Below are positions 1 to 26,644 of a stretch of 64,000 bases of DNA, in pieces. The notes below the pieces were generated by a model that saw nothing but the letters and a program-made list of their open reading frames with translations, was not told the DNA's origin and did not search any database. This DNA is from the human T2T-CHM13v2.0 reference genome, Homo sapiens: assembly GCF_009914755.1 (NCBI RefSeq), contig NC_060943.1. One strand, written 5' to 3'. The stretch's first letter is position 1, and each line of letters starts with the position of its first letter. The position numbers and the translations under genes were made by a program.

Positions 1-39
1 TGAACACCCCACCACTCTGTGCCACTTACCCTACTTTAG

Positions 40-354
<315 letters not shown>

Positions 355-378
355 TAGTTCTTTTATCTTTTTTTTTAA

Positions 379-486
<108 letters not shown>

Positions 487-679
487 TGAATAGGTGAGAC
501 TACAGAGGCACACCACCGTGCCCAGCTAATTTTTTAAGTTTTCTGTAGAGATGGGGTCTCACTATGTTGCCCGGGCTGGTCTCAAACTCTTGGGCTCAGG
601 CAATCCACCTGCCTCAGCCTCCCAAAATGCTGGGATTGTAGGCATAAGCCACCACGCCAGACCCTAAAACTCTTTTTAA

Positions 680-1215
680 AGACCCAGCAATTCCATCTAC
701 CCAAGAGAAACCAAAGCATATGTCTATGAAAAGACCTAAACATGAATATTCATAGCAGCATTGGTCATAATGAATGAAACAATCCAAAGACCCATCAACT
801 GGTGAGTGAATAAACAAATTGCGGTACATCCATACAATGGAATGCCATTCCACCATAAAAAGGAATTTGCTCCTGATATATGCTACAATGTGGATGATCC
901 TCAAAAACATTTTGCTAAGTAAAAGGAGCCAGACGCAAAAGACCACATAGTTTATGATTCTATTTATACATAATGTCCAGGGACAGCAAATCAATACAGA
1001 CAGAAAGTAGACGAGAGATTGCCTGCAAGTGGGGGTGGGAGTGGAGATGGAATGCAAATGGGCACGGGGGCTGTTTTGGAGGTGATGAAAATGTCCTAAA
1101 ATTGGATCGGGGTGATGGCTGCACAACTCTGTAAATTTACGAAAAGTCACTCAATTGCACGCTTACACAGGTGAATTTTATGCTCTGTAAATTATACCTC
1201 CATAAAACTGCTGAA
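680..1215 (+). mobile_element. Old L1M (L1MB/MC-like) 3' fragment
   Basis: GACCCAGCAATTCCA...ACCCAAGAGAA, GTACATCCATACAATGGAATG, GTGAATTTTATG...TAAATTATACCTC resemble L1M 3' end. Confidence 0.75.
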
Positions 1216-1294
1216 AAGGGAAGATCCACCAGGCACGGTGGCTCACGCCTGCAATCCCAGCACCTTGGGAAGCTGAAGCGGGAGAATTGCTTGA

Positions 1295-1543
<249 letters not shown>

Positions 1544-1780
1544 TAGCCAGGATGGTCTCGATCTCCTGACCTCGTAATCCACCTGCCTCGGCCTCCCAAA
1601 GTGCTGGGATTTACAGGCATGAGACACCTTGCCCGGCCGAGACCTCATTTCTTCCTATTCATTTATTTATTTGAGACAGAGTCTCGCTCTGTCACTCAGG
1701 CTGGAGTGCAGTGGCCTGATCTTGGCTCACTGCAACCTTCCCCTCTGGGTTCAAGTGATTCCCTTACCTCAGCCTCCTGA

Positions 1781-2026
<246 letters not shown>

Positions 2027-2128
2027 TGAGAGCTCGGCTCACTGCAATCTGTGCCTCCAGGGTTCAAGTGATTCTCGTGCCTCAGCCTCCTGAGTAGCTG
2101 GGATTACAGGGGCAAGCCACCATGCTCA

Positions 2129-2477
<349 letters not shown>

Positions 2478-2906
2478 TTACTTGCAAGCTCCCTCTTTGA
2501 GGTGCCCTGCACTGTACTAACACAAGAATAGGTGTCTCCTTAAATTTTGAGCCCAAGATTCCTTGCTTGCATCACCCTGGTCCTGGCAATGATGTACCCA
2601 CGGTCAGAAATGAGAGATTATTTACTTTTTACCCCTCCTTCTCCATCACTCCTCTTCTATTCAAACCAGCACCAGAGCCAGCTAATCCTGATGCAGAAAT
2701 ATCTCAAGAAAGTGTCCCCTCTTCCCCATCATCATCACTGTGAACATCGTGCTGGTAAGCCACTGAAAAAAAATGTTTCTTCTGGGGCTAGGCGCGGTGG
2801 CTCATGCCTGTAATCCCAGCACTTTGGAAGGCTGAGGTAGGCAGATCACTTGAGGCCAGGAGTTCGAGACCACCCTGGCCAACATGGCAAAACTCTGTGT
2901 CTACTA

Positions 2907-3164
<258 letters not shown>

Positions 3165-3172
3165 TTATTTAG

Positions 3173-3603
<431 letters not shown>

Positions 3604-3606
3604 TAA

Positions 3607-3862
<256 letters not shown>

Positions 3863-3931
3863 TAGCCAGGACGGTCTTGATCTCCTGACCTCGTAATCCG
3901 CCCACCTCGGCCTCCCAAAATGCTAGGATTA

Positions 3932-7490
<3,559 letters not shown>

Positions 7491-7494
7491 TTTT

Positions 7495-8805
<1,311 letters not shown>

Positions 8806-8934
8806 AGTCTTCCATTTAAACATGCACAACCTCTTCTATGAGTCACTATTACCAGCTCACTAAATTCTAGGCCAAGTGCAGTGGCTCACGCCTGTAATCC
8901 CAGCAGTTTGGGAGGCTGAGGCAGGAAGATCTTA

Positions 8935-9114
<180 letters not shown>

Positions 9115-9117
9115 TCA

Positions 9118-9530
<413 letters not shown>

Positions 9531-10582
9531 TCACAACCTTTTCAAGCTCACTTCCCTTCTCCTATCTGCACCCACCATAGGCATCAACCACACACTTACC
9601 CTAGTTCCCATTTCCAGAAACTTCCCCTCTTTTAAACATGGTTAGAATCATGTAAAATAAGGGTAAACCCACCAGGTCTTGTCAGCATGACCAATGACTT
9701 TCTTCTGTGTCCACCCTCCAGTCTTCACTCGCTCATCCTTCAAGGCCCATCTCAAATGCCACCTCCCCCAGGAAGCCCACTTGACTCTTGACATCTGGCA
9801 CTTTGTACCATGTGTCGGCTGCATCTGTCTCCCAAATTTGGCAACTGACAGCCATTCAGAGCGGACTGTGTCACGTCCCTCCTGAGTGAGTGAGTGCCTC
9901 TATCAGTGTCTTTCTCATAGAAATTACTAGAGAAATTAGGAACAGAAACAATGTGGGCCGGGTGCAGTGACTCATGCCTGTAATCCCAGCACCTTGGGAG
10001 GCTGAGGCGGATCACTTGAGGTCAGGAGTTCGAGACCAGCCTGAACAATATTGTGAAACCCTGTCTCTACTAAAAATACAAAAATTAGCTGGGCCCTGTG
10101 GCTCATGCCTGTAATCCCAGCACCTTGGGAGGCTGAGGCAAGAGGATCACTTAAGGCCAAGAGTTCAAGACCAGCCTGGGCAACATAGTGAGACCCCCAT
10201 CTCTACCAAAAAAAAGAAAAAGAAAGAGAAAAATTAGCTGGATGTAGTGGTACACACCTGTAGTCCTAACTATTTGAGAGGCTAAGGTAGGAGGATCACT
10301 TGGGCCAAGGAGGTTGAGGCTACAGTGGGCTGTGGTCACACCACTCCACTCTAGCCTGGTCAACAGAGCAAGACCCTGCGTCTTAAAAAAAAAAAAACAA
10401 AATAAAATTTAAAAAGAACCCGGCTCACCATGTGCTCATCATGTATTCTTCCTGGGATTCACCAGGACTCTCTTAGAGCCTAAAAAGTGAGAAGCTATTT
10501 GCCATTTCATTTGATGGCTGAACTGGCTTTGCCTTTTTGTTTCTTTCTTCTTGTGCAATGACACCTGTCTTCTCATCTATTA

Positions 10583-11140
<558 letters not shown>

Positions 11141-11358
11141 CTACTTGGGAGGCTGAGGCAGGAGAATTGCTTAAGCCCAGGAGTTCGAGGCCTGCCTGGG
11201 CACCATGGCAAGACCCCATCTCAAAAAGAAAAAAAGAGATAGAATGGGCTTCCACCTTGGCAGGGAGGACATGTCAATGTTCTCAGACAAGAGTTCCCTA
11301 GATATGGGAATAAAATGTTCCTGTCATGACAAGTTTTTTCCCAACACAGCCAGACTCA

Positions 11359-11854
<496 letters not shown>

Positions 11855-12050
11855 CTAACACTGAATCCTGGGGCTACAAAGTCATTGCCCACACCAGCCA
11901 CTGGGCTCATCAGAAACCCACACATACCAGGCCAGGCGTGGTGGCTCACGCCTGTAATCCCAGCATTTTGGGAGGCTGAGGCAGGCAGATCACCTGAGGT
12001 CAGGAGTTCGAGACCAACCTGACCAACATGGAGAACCCTCGTCTCTACTA

Positions 12051-12209
<159 letters not shown>

Positions 12210-13655
12210 TCAAAAAAAAAAAGAAAGAAAGAAAGAAATCCACACATACCATATGGTTGGCCTACATGGATACAGTCACTGGTGTGATGATGATACAAGC
12301 ATGTCCCTGTGCTCATGGTCCCTGAACATGCACACAGTCACCAAACATACACATACACGCATGACACCACAGACACATGCCTATGGGGCCAAAGTTAGAG
12401 TGAGGCAAGTTATGCAAGTGCAGAGGGGGAGCCCATATTTATTTAAAAATTTGTTTTTATTCATTATAGATTTTTCTTGCATCAATTTAGATTTTTCTTA
12501 AAATGTTCCATTAAAATATTATTTATCTTGGTTACTGGTTTTTATTTTTTTGGGGGGCATACCCTTAAATTTTGTACTATAGCTGAACTCTGTACCATGT
12601 ACCTGTCACCCTAGCTACTCAGGAGGCTGAGGCAGAAGAATCACTTGAGCCCAGGAGTTGGAGGCTTCAGTGAGCTATGACTGCACCACTGCACTCCAGC
12701 ATGGGTGACAGAACAAGACCCCGTCTTAGAAATAGGCCCGGCACCGTGGCTCACGCCTGTAATCCCAGCACTTTGGGAGGCCAAGGCGGGCAGATCATCT
12801 GAGGTCTGGAGTTCGAGACCAGAGTGGGCAACGTGGTGAAACCCTGTCTCTATTAAAAATACAAAAAAAAAAAAATTTAGCCGGCTGTGGTGCTGTGCGC
12901 CTATAATCCCAGCTACTCGAGAGGCTGAGCAGGAGAATCGCTTGAACCCGGGAGGCAGAGATTGCAGTGAGCCGAAATCGCACCACTGCACTCCAGTGTG
13001 GACGACACAGCAAGACTCTGTTTCAAATATCATCATCATCATCATCATCAACTTTTTAAAATGTTTGCACCCGCGGCGAGTATCTCACCTGTTTTACCCT
13101 GACCTGGGCACCCCCATCCCACATACGCACGCGCCCACGCACAGGTGCACAACCACACACATTCACCCACCAGTCACACAGACGCACACAGTCCCTGCAC
13201 AAACCTCACTCGACCACTAGATGTCGCTCAAGCTCCATAATCTTAAATCCAGCCCCAAGGGGCTCTTTCCTACACTAACTCGGAGTCTTTAAATTTCCTT
13301 TTACTTCCCTCCACTGGGACATTTACATGCTCTAAAGGAGCCCCAGGAGAACATCGTCTTACCCCTAAACAACAGTGCCCTATCGGTGGAATGTCAGGCA
13401 CAGGTAAAGAAGATGGGTTTTCTTTCTTTCTTTTTTGTGGAGACAGGGTCTCAGTCTGTCGCCCAAGCTGGAGTGCAGTAGTGCAATGATAGCTCACTGC
13501 AGCCTCAAACTCCTGGGCTCAAGTGATCTTCACACCTCAGCCTCCTGAGTAGAACTACAAGCCTGGCCAATTTTTTTTAAAGTTACTGCAGAGGCCGGGC
13601 ACGGTGGCTCACGCCTGTAATCCCAGCAGTTTAGGAGGCCGAGGCAGACAAATCA

Positions 13656-13916
<261 letters not shown>

Positions 13917-14159
13917 TTATTGTAGAGATGGGATCTTGCTGTATTGCCCAGGCTGGTCTCAAATTCCTGGCCTCAAGAGACCCTCTGGCTTTGGTCTCCC
14001 AAAATGCTGGGATCATAGGTATCAGCCATCACACCTGGCCTGAAGAATGGATTTTCTTGGTGCCTTCCATCCAGGAGCGAGTGTTCCCCTGACACTCTCT
14101 TGATAAAAGAATCCTGTGGTTTGAGAAAGAAAGACACTCTGTGTGTGTGAGGGGGTCCA

Positions 14160-16240
<2,081 letters not shown>

Positions 16241-16421
16241 ATGATTTCTAGGAAGGACCCCTGGGCCCATCAGGGACAGGGAAGAAGTCTTTGGAAAGTG
16301 ATGGAGGGAGCGAAGAGTGGGTAGAGCATCCTCTCTGCAGACCCCTCCCTTCCCTGGGGTGCCAGGCTTGGTGGGCCAACGCCAAGGGGGTGTATGGGGC
16401 GCCGAGACTGTTTCACAACCA

Positions 16422-16652
16422 TGTAGTTCCCGCGGTGGCCGCCTGGAGGCACTGCAGCCCGCGGCAGGATTCCACCAGCCCCGCCCTAACGGATTACCTC
16501 ATTTGGCCACGCCCCCGTTGTCCTTTAGCCCCGCCTCCACTGACCTCGTTAGTCCCGCCCCCAAAGCAACTCCCTCCCAGCCCTGGGGGCTGTAGGAGTC
16601 ACCCTCCAATTGCAATTCTGGCAGCAAACTCTGGCATCCTAGCCAATCTTGG
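16422..16652 (+). promoter_or_regulatory. Repeat-free GC-rich element: candidate CTCF site with upstream motif, GC boxes, CCAAT box
   Basis: TGTAGTTCC-N5-TGGCCGCCTGGAGGCACTG; CCCCGCCC, CCACGCCCCC, CCCCGCCTCC, CCCGCCCCC; TAGCCAATC. Confidence 0.55.
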
Positions 16653-17189
16653 TGAGAAGCCAGAAAATCTAGTGCCCCCCTAGCAGGGAGTGGAGGAGAA
16701 GCCACAGGGGGTGGTTCTCTGTCTCCTCTGCTAGGTCAAGGATAATTCAACTTGATTCCTGGCTCATTTTTTTTCCACTGGTTTCTCAAGTGTGTGCCTC
16801 TTTTGGTCTCTCGTCTCCCAGGTGTGTCTCTTGGCTTCTCTCAGGCTCACACATCCATTGAGTACCTATTGTGTGTGTCCTCATGCCTGGGGCTGGGCAC
16901 ACTCCCTATCCCACCCAGCGCGTGGGTGCTGAGATGCGTGGGGAAATGGAGGAGCGAGGGAGGGGACCCCACAATCTCTCCTCGTGGCCTGGAAATCCTT
17001 CTATCTGGAGTCTAACCTCCATTCCTCCCAACACCCCCCTCGGGGTGAGCACAAGGGTCTGATTCTTTTCTTGATAAGGGGAAGGTGCCCAAATTGTTTC
17101 TCCCCTGCCTATCTACCTAAAAGCCCACCTAGCAATGTCTTCACGGACGCTGTCCACACCCATGGAGCGGATTATTTAACAAGAGGGTA

Positions 17190-17420
17190 ATCGTGTGGGC
17201 TCAGGAGCCGGACTGCCTCGGTTCAGTCCCACCTCTGTCACTCTCGAGCTTGAGCAAGTGATTTAACTTTTCTGCGCCTCAGTTTCCCCATCCATAAAAT
17301 GAGGTAACAATACCATGCTCTAGTAGGGAGGAGGCAGAGGGGGTTAAATGCCTTAGTCTGTGCTGTGTGATTGAAACAGCACCTCTCAAATTAGCACGTA
17401 ATGAATGATCACTGTTATCA
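17190..17420 (+). mobile_element. MIR
   Basis: GAGCAAGTGATTTAACTTTTCTGCGCCTCAGTTTCCCCATCCATAAAATGAGG core. Confidence 0.8.
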
Positions 17421-18319
17421 TAATGACTATTTTATTATTTTTGATCCCAGCTTCCCTGTGAACTCCTACAGATCTGAGAACTTGGGGGTGCTCTCACTCC
17501 CAAGATGGAGGAGGAGAGGGGCTTTCCAATAGCAAAAGAGAGCGTGGACGCCCCACATTTTGCAAGCCTCCCTGAGCCTGCCCAAGAGAAAGGTGCCATG
17601 GGGAGGGAGACCCGCTTCTGTAAGGGTATGAATGGCGTGTGCGGTTGTGAGCAAGGCACCAAGATACACACACACACGTGCATGGATGGACACGTTTGCA
17701 CACACAGCGCTTGCACACACACACACCCTTTTAGAGTGATTTACCCAAAGGTACAGAATAGCACACGCTCACTCCAAGGCTCTCACACGGCCACACACCT
17801 GGCCACACACGTATTGTACAACACCCAGTCATCTGGAGCCAGTAATGAGGACACGGTCACACACAGACTCTGTCTCACGTACTGATCACACCCCAACTCG
17901 GGCACTAGTTGGACAAGCCCCCCAACCGCCACACACACAAACTCCCCCCGGTCACACCCAACCACGACACAAAGACACACACGTTTACCCTGCACCCCCA
18001 CAGCATTTCACACGCGTCCCCGTCAGTCACTCTCACGTGAGTCCCGTCCCCTGCCCCACACTGGGGGCTGCAGGCGAGGAGTGGAGGGCTTCAGAAACTG
18101 GGCATCTCGGCCCCGAAGAGGAAGTCAAGGGTAAGCAACCGCCCCCCTCCAATGCCCCCTGAAGTTTCCCTCCCAACCCCATTCAGCTCCAGCGAGATGG
18201 CGGGGTGGGGGCTCGGGGCCATGGAGGGGTTGAGAACCCCAAAGACGCCACCCCCCAAACCAGCCCAGCTTGAGGCTGGATTTGAAGCCCCCCTCGTCCT
18301 CTCCCAAGCCAGAGAGTGC

Positions 18320-18950
18320 ACGTCCCGGCCCCTCCCCCGCTGCGACCCCCGCCCCTCGCCGCCCTGCAGCTGGGGGGGCTTGTGGAGCCTCCCAACCCCG
18401 TTTCTCCGGGAACCCTCCGCGCCCCCCTCCTCTCCCGGAGCCACCCGCGCCCGCACCTGCCCGCCGGGCCCCTACCTGTCCGGCCAGGCCTGAGCACAGC
18501 AGCAGCAGCAGCGGCGGCGGGACCGTGAGCGGCCACATGACGCGCCCCTAGCCCGGCGTCCCGACCCCCGCCCGCCCTAGCGGCGCCTCGGCGCGGGGAC
18601 CGCCACCAGGCGCGACCCCGCCCGCCCGGCCGGGGCGACCCTGCGCCGCCGCCTCCCCCGCCTCGCCGGCGGCCGGGATTCCGCCCCACCCCCGCCCCCT
18701 CGCTCGCTCCGAGTCTTTGTTGCGGGCTCCGCCCCCCGCCCCGCCCCCAGCTCCTCTTCGGGAGCAGCTCGAGCAGGGTCGGGTGGGGGGGTGGGGGCGG
18801 GGAAGTGGGGGAGCCAGCGCCGGCGAGGGGACCTGAGGACAGGACTTGGCAGCGCCCCCCAACCCCCAGGCCATTCCGGGAGCGGGTCGCGGAGGTGGGG
18901 GAGGGGTGCCCGTCACGTGTTTGTAAATTTCACCCTCCGGGGGCATTTCC
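18320..18950 (-). promoter_or_regulatory. OLFM2: CpG-island promoter / 5'UTR of OLFM2
   Basis: Very high GC and CpG density, multiple GC boxes, E-box GTCACGTG 18912-18919; no upstream ATG in 18539-18740 on minus strand; in-frame TAG at 18548-18550. Confidence 0.85.
18476..18538 (-). CDS. OLFM2: OLFM2 (olfactomedin-2/noelin-2) exon 1 coding part, signal peptide MWPLTVPPPLLLLLCSGLAGQ
   Basis: 63 nt = 21 codons, ATG in GTCATGT, phase-0 GT donor; recognised as the human OLFM2 N-terminus. Confidence 0.93.
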
Positions 18951-19597
18951 CACGTTGCAGGTGGGACGGGGACGAATGGTTGGGGGAGAGGAATAGGAGG
19001 AAGGCCTGGTAGCAGAGAGGGGAAATGATGAACGCCCCCTCCCTAAAAACTCAAGAGTCAACAGGGAAACTGAGGCAGAATCTGAAATTGGAAGTTGGAG
19101 GAGGGGTCAATGCCAGGACAAGAGGGGTGAGGCATAGATGGAGACGGGGAATAAGAGGAAAAAATTGAGGTTGGGGGGACAGGAGACCGAGAATCAGGCA
19201 AGAGGCCAATGGAAATGGCCACGTGGGTGGGCTTGGCCTCAAAAAGGGGCGTCTCGTTTTCACTCTCCCCGGGCGCCCCATTTCCCCACCAGTCCTCCCG
19301 CTGGAAGCCTCCCCGCCTCCGCCACACCTGGAAGAGTTTCTCTTCGCTCCCTGTTTCAATAGCCCAAGATGAAAGACCACATCCCCCGAGAGAATCAAAA
19401 TATTAACACCGCCTCCACGCGAAGCCATTTGCATATGAAGGGCGTCCTTGTCTAGCCTCACTTTCGGGAGGCTTTCCAGCCTTTCTCTGCCTCTCACTCC
19501 TCCAAAAGTCTCCCTAGGCCGGGCGCGGTGGCTCACGCCTGTAATTCCAGCAATTTGGGAGGCTGAGGAGGGTGGATCATCTGAGGTCAGGAGTTCA

Positions 19598-20826
<1,229 letters not shown>

Positions 20827-21153
20827 ACCCTACTGGGGATAAAACATGTCGATGATGGTTTTGTCAGGTCAATGAGAAAGAGCTTGGTGACCCACAGATC
20901 TGGGTTCAACCCTGGTGCTGCCACTTCTTGGCCATGTGACCTTAGGGAAAAAGCTTTCCCCCTCTTAGAAGACCTGTTTTTTGCAGTTATTGGGAGACAT
21001 CTGTGACTCTAAGCAAAGAGAGCACCTAGCTAGCACTCACTCCCCAGCACGCCTTGCAATAACCAACCATGCACTGGGTTGAGGACACTCATCATGGGAT
21101 GTGGACACAAAATAGAGTCTGAGCCTGCGAAGACATCCTGTTTATTCTTCTAT

Positions 21154-21185
<32 letters not shown>

Positions 21186-21187
21186 GA

Positions 21188-21346
<159 letters not shown>

Positions 21347-21759
21347 TAGTAGAGATGGGGTTTCACCATATTGGCCAGGCTGGTCATGAACTCTCGACCT
21401 CAGGTGATCCACCTGCCTCAGCCTCCCAAAGTGCTGGGATTACAGGCATGAGCCACCGCACCCATCCTATTCTTCTATCTCCTTTTCCCAAATGGGAGAC
21501 AGTCCTTTGTGGGCCCTTCAGGCCAAGCCTGCAGTTGGCATTGCATAAAAGGAGGACATTGGTTGGTAGGACCCACAAGCTCTTGACCAAGAGTGGGTCT
21601 CACGGTCAAGAGTCAGCACTCTTGACTCATGAATGCTGCATTTCAGGACCATGAACAGTGTCCTCCTTGGGCTCTGGTCACTAAGATGATCACAGTTACA
21701 ACTAAGCTACAGCCTGTGTTATATGGTTGGAATTTGGTCGATATGCACTTAGATCTATT

Positions 21760-22912
<1,153 letters not shown>

Positions 22913-23699
22913 GTCAATGCATTCGATGCCGTTGGTCGTTGACTGGTATGGTTAGTGGCCCTCTGGGTGTCCTGATGGCATTGTGGTTTGTGTCCTGTTG
23001 AACCGGGATCTGTGCTGCCGTCAACATCCTGGTTCTGCCAGGGTCAGCATTGTGGTCAGAATTGTGGTCACTCCTGGTCATTCTTGGTTGTGTTGTGGTC
23101 AGTGTGGTGATTAGTACTACAGTCAGTTTCCTGGTTATGCTGTGCTCTGTCCTAGTGCTATGGTCCTTGTCCTGAGCTTGCTGTGGATAATGACCTGGCC
23201 AAGCTATGGTCAAAATTATGATTGAGTCATACTAAGGTCAAAGTCACACTCAGCATCCTAGTTGCACTGATATCAGCTTCAAGGTCAGCACTGTGGTTAA
23301 TGTTAAGAAGAGTGCACTGTCTATGGTGCAGTGGTCAGAATTGTGGGCCATCATTGAAGAGACATCAGGATCCGCTTCTCAAGGATCTATTGTGGCAAAA
23401 TGGATGAACTGGGGACTCAGGGTCTGGCACTGGGCACAGGTCATTCTCCATGACAGGAAGCAGGGAGGCAGGGCGTTGGATCTTGCCATCTGGCCATTGG
23501 GTTTTTCTAATTGGCACTTGGACAGCCAATTAGACAGGAACTTGGACAGCCATGGGTTCCTGTCACCCTCTCACAGCCCACATCTGTTTCCTCACACCCT
23601 GCACCACCCACTTCATAGAGAAAATGATCATGAAGTGAATGCCTGCCAACACATACCTTTGCTCTTGCTAATACCTGAATATATTATTTAGAGGTCCTT

Positions 23700-24230
23700 T
23701 GGTAGAATTTAGCAGAAACTCAACTTGAACTGGATTAAGAAAAAAAATCTATTGGCTCATATAACTTAAACAAAAATGAGGGTAGTGGAATTCAGTCATG
23801 GCTGGATCCAGGGTTTCTGTTATATCATCAGGATTCTGTCTCTCTCCATTCCTCATCTCTCATTTCTCATCTCTCATTTCTCATTCCATGCTGTCTTTTG
23901 GGAAGGATTCACTTTTAGCCAAGAGATGACAAAGATGGTTTCCAGAAGCTTCTCTCTTCCAAGCTCAGCAGCATCAGCAAAAAGAGAGCTTGCAAAATAA
24001 TGTCTCATTATGCATCCCAAGTTGTGTGCCCATCCTGAACCAATTATGTATTCAGAGGAATTCATTATTTGGCTTGGCTAGGTCTGGCTCATAGATCACC
24101 CCCACGGAGCCAGAGAGTGCAGTTAGCCTTATTCAACCTACATTGGATAGGAAGTGGGAGGTAGAGAAGGATATAGAATGTTGACCACTAAAAGAGAGAA
24201 AGGACACTGTACAAGCAAAACCAAAATATA
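23700..24230. mobile_element. Old MaLR LTR (MLT1J/K/L-like)
   Basis: CAGAAACTCAACTTGAACTGG...ATTGGCTCATATAACT...TTCAGTCATGGCTGGATCCAGGG. Confidence 0.6.
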
Positions 24231-25016
24231 TGGTTTTGGGCAGGGGGTGGTTCTTGGCATCATTTCAACCCCCTAGTATGCATTCCTTATTATAGAGCCT
24301 GCAAAGCGAAAATACTTCCAGACTCCCTTGCAGCTAAACTTCTGTAGGCCAATTAGGTTTCATCCATTAGAAGCATGAGAAGTGGGTGGTGGAAGAAGGT
24401 GGAATTAATCTTCCTGTTATGCTGGTAGAGGCAGCTGCTAAGCACAATTGGGAGACACTGGATTTTCCTGCAGGAATGTTCCTGTTTCCAATTGTGAGAA
24501 CAACCCGTTTTTGTTGAGAGTCCATTGCAGTAACAATGATGACTGCCTCCGTATCTCTGAATTGCAACTTTCCTGGTGTTTTCATTGTTTTGTTGTTCCT
24601 GTTGCTGTTGTTGTTGTTGTTGTTTTTGAGATAGAGTCTCGCTGTGTCACCCAGGCTGGAGTGAAGTGATGGGATCTTGGCTCACTGCAACCTCCACCTC
24701 CCAGACTCAAGCAATCCTTCCACCTCAGTCCATCCCAGTAAATGGGACTGCAGTTGCATGCCACCACACCTTGCTAATTTTCTGTATTTTCTGTAGAGAT
24801 GGAGTCTCTCCATTTGCCTAGGCTTGTCTCAAACTCCTGGGCTCAAGGGATCCACCCGCATTGGCCTCCCAAAGTGCTAGGATTACAGGCGTGAGTCACC
24901 ACGCCCAGCCATGCTGTTCCTTTTTATGGTTCAATAATATTCCATTGTGTGGATATCCCATATTTTGTTCATTAATTATGGTGATGTAGTCTTAAAGTCA
25001 AAAATCCCCACTCTAG

Positions 25017-25316
<300 letters not shown>

Positions 25317-26384
25317 TGAACTCCTGACCTCAAGTGATGTGCCTTCCTTGGCCTCCCAAAGGGATAGGATTACAGGGGTGAGCCATTGCTCCCAGCCGGG
25401 AGGTGGTGTTTTGTAGCAAGTCATTCTATCGGCTTTCCCTAGATCCCTATTCTCCAGCCTTGGTTCTGTAAGCACCAAGTTCCCTGGTTTTGGTTCTCAT
25501 TTCCTGCAACTAAACCGTGATTGATATGTGCTTGGAAGATTCATTCCCTTTATCTGTCTGAAGAGAACCTCATAATTCACGAAGCCCCAATACTCCAAGC
25601 TATTCATGACCTACCTACTCAGTACTCCCTCCTGGACCATGCTGGAAACATCTCTTTAACAGGAACCTTCCTGACTCACTGAGCTCCAGTGAAGCACCCA
25701 CCACTGGGATACATCCTCTCCATACATTAATTCCTTGAGTTCTTACAACAACCCTATAGGGTAGGCACTGTTATCCCCCATTTAAAAATGCAGGCCAGGT
25801 GCAGCAGCTCATACCTATAATCCCAGCACTTTGGGAGGCAGAGGACTGCAGATCACTTGAGCCCAGGAGTTTGAGACCAGCCTGGCAACATGGCAAAACC
25901 CCATCTCTACAACAAATACAAAAAGTAGCTAGGCATGGTGGCTTGCGCCTGTAGTACTAGCTACTTGGAAGGCTGAGGAGGGAAGATCGTTTGAGCCCAG
26001 GAGGTCGAGGCTGCAGTGAGCTGCAATTGCACCACTGCCCTCCAGCCTGGGTGACAGAGCGAGACCCTGTCTCTAATAAATAAATAAATGAAAACTTTGA
26101 GGCTCAGAGAGGTTAAGTAATTTGCCCGAGGTCACCCAGCTATAAAGGGCAGACACAGGATTCAGACTCAGTTCCATCTGACTCAAAGCCAACCTATTGA
26201 CCGGGTGCAGTGGCTGGCACCTGTATTCCCAGCACTTTAGGAGACCAAGGTGGGAGGATCACTTGAGCCCAGGAGTTCTAGGCTGCAGTGACCTGTGATG
26301 GTGCCACTGTACTCCAGCCTGGGTGACAGAGTAAGACCTTGTCTCTTTTCTTTTTTTCAAAAAAAGAAAAAAAAAAGGAAGTAG

Positions 26385-26644
<260 letters not shown>

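Noticed and set aside
614-1150. 178-aa hydrophobic ORF
   Set aside because: Antisense reading of an old L1 fragment running into an Alu
16669-16690. Second CTCF-like motif CCTGCTAGGGGGGCACTAG
   Set aside because: One G too many breaks the core register; weak match
17141-17160. GGACAGCGTCC REST-like sequence (minus strand)
   Set aside because: Right half-site only; no TTCAGCACC left half at a usable spacing
18091-19012. Overlapping GC-rich ORFs around OLFM2 exon 1
   Set aside because: Stop-poor CpG island; only the 21 codons before the GT donor match a known protein
23293-23691. 132-aa ORF in unique DNA
   Set aside because: Non-ATG start, no recognisable domain or exon context
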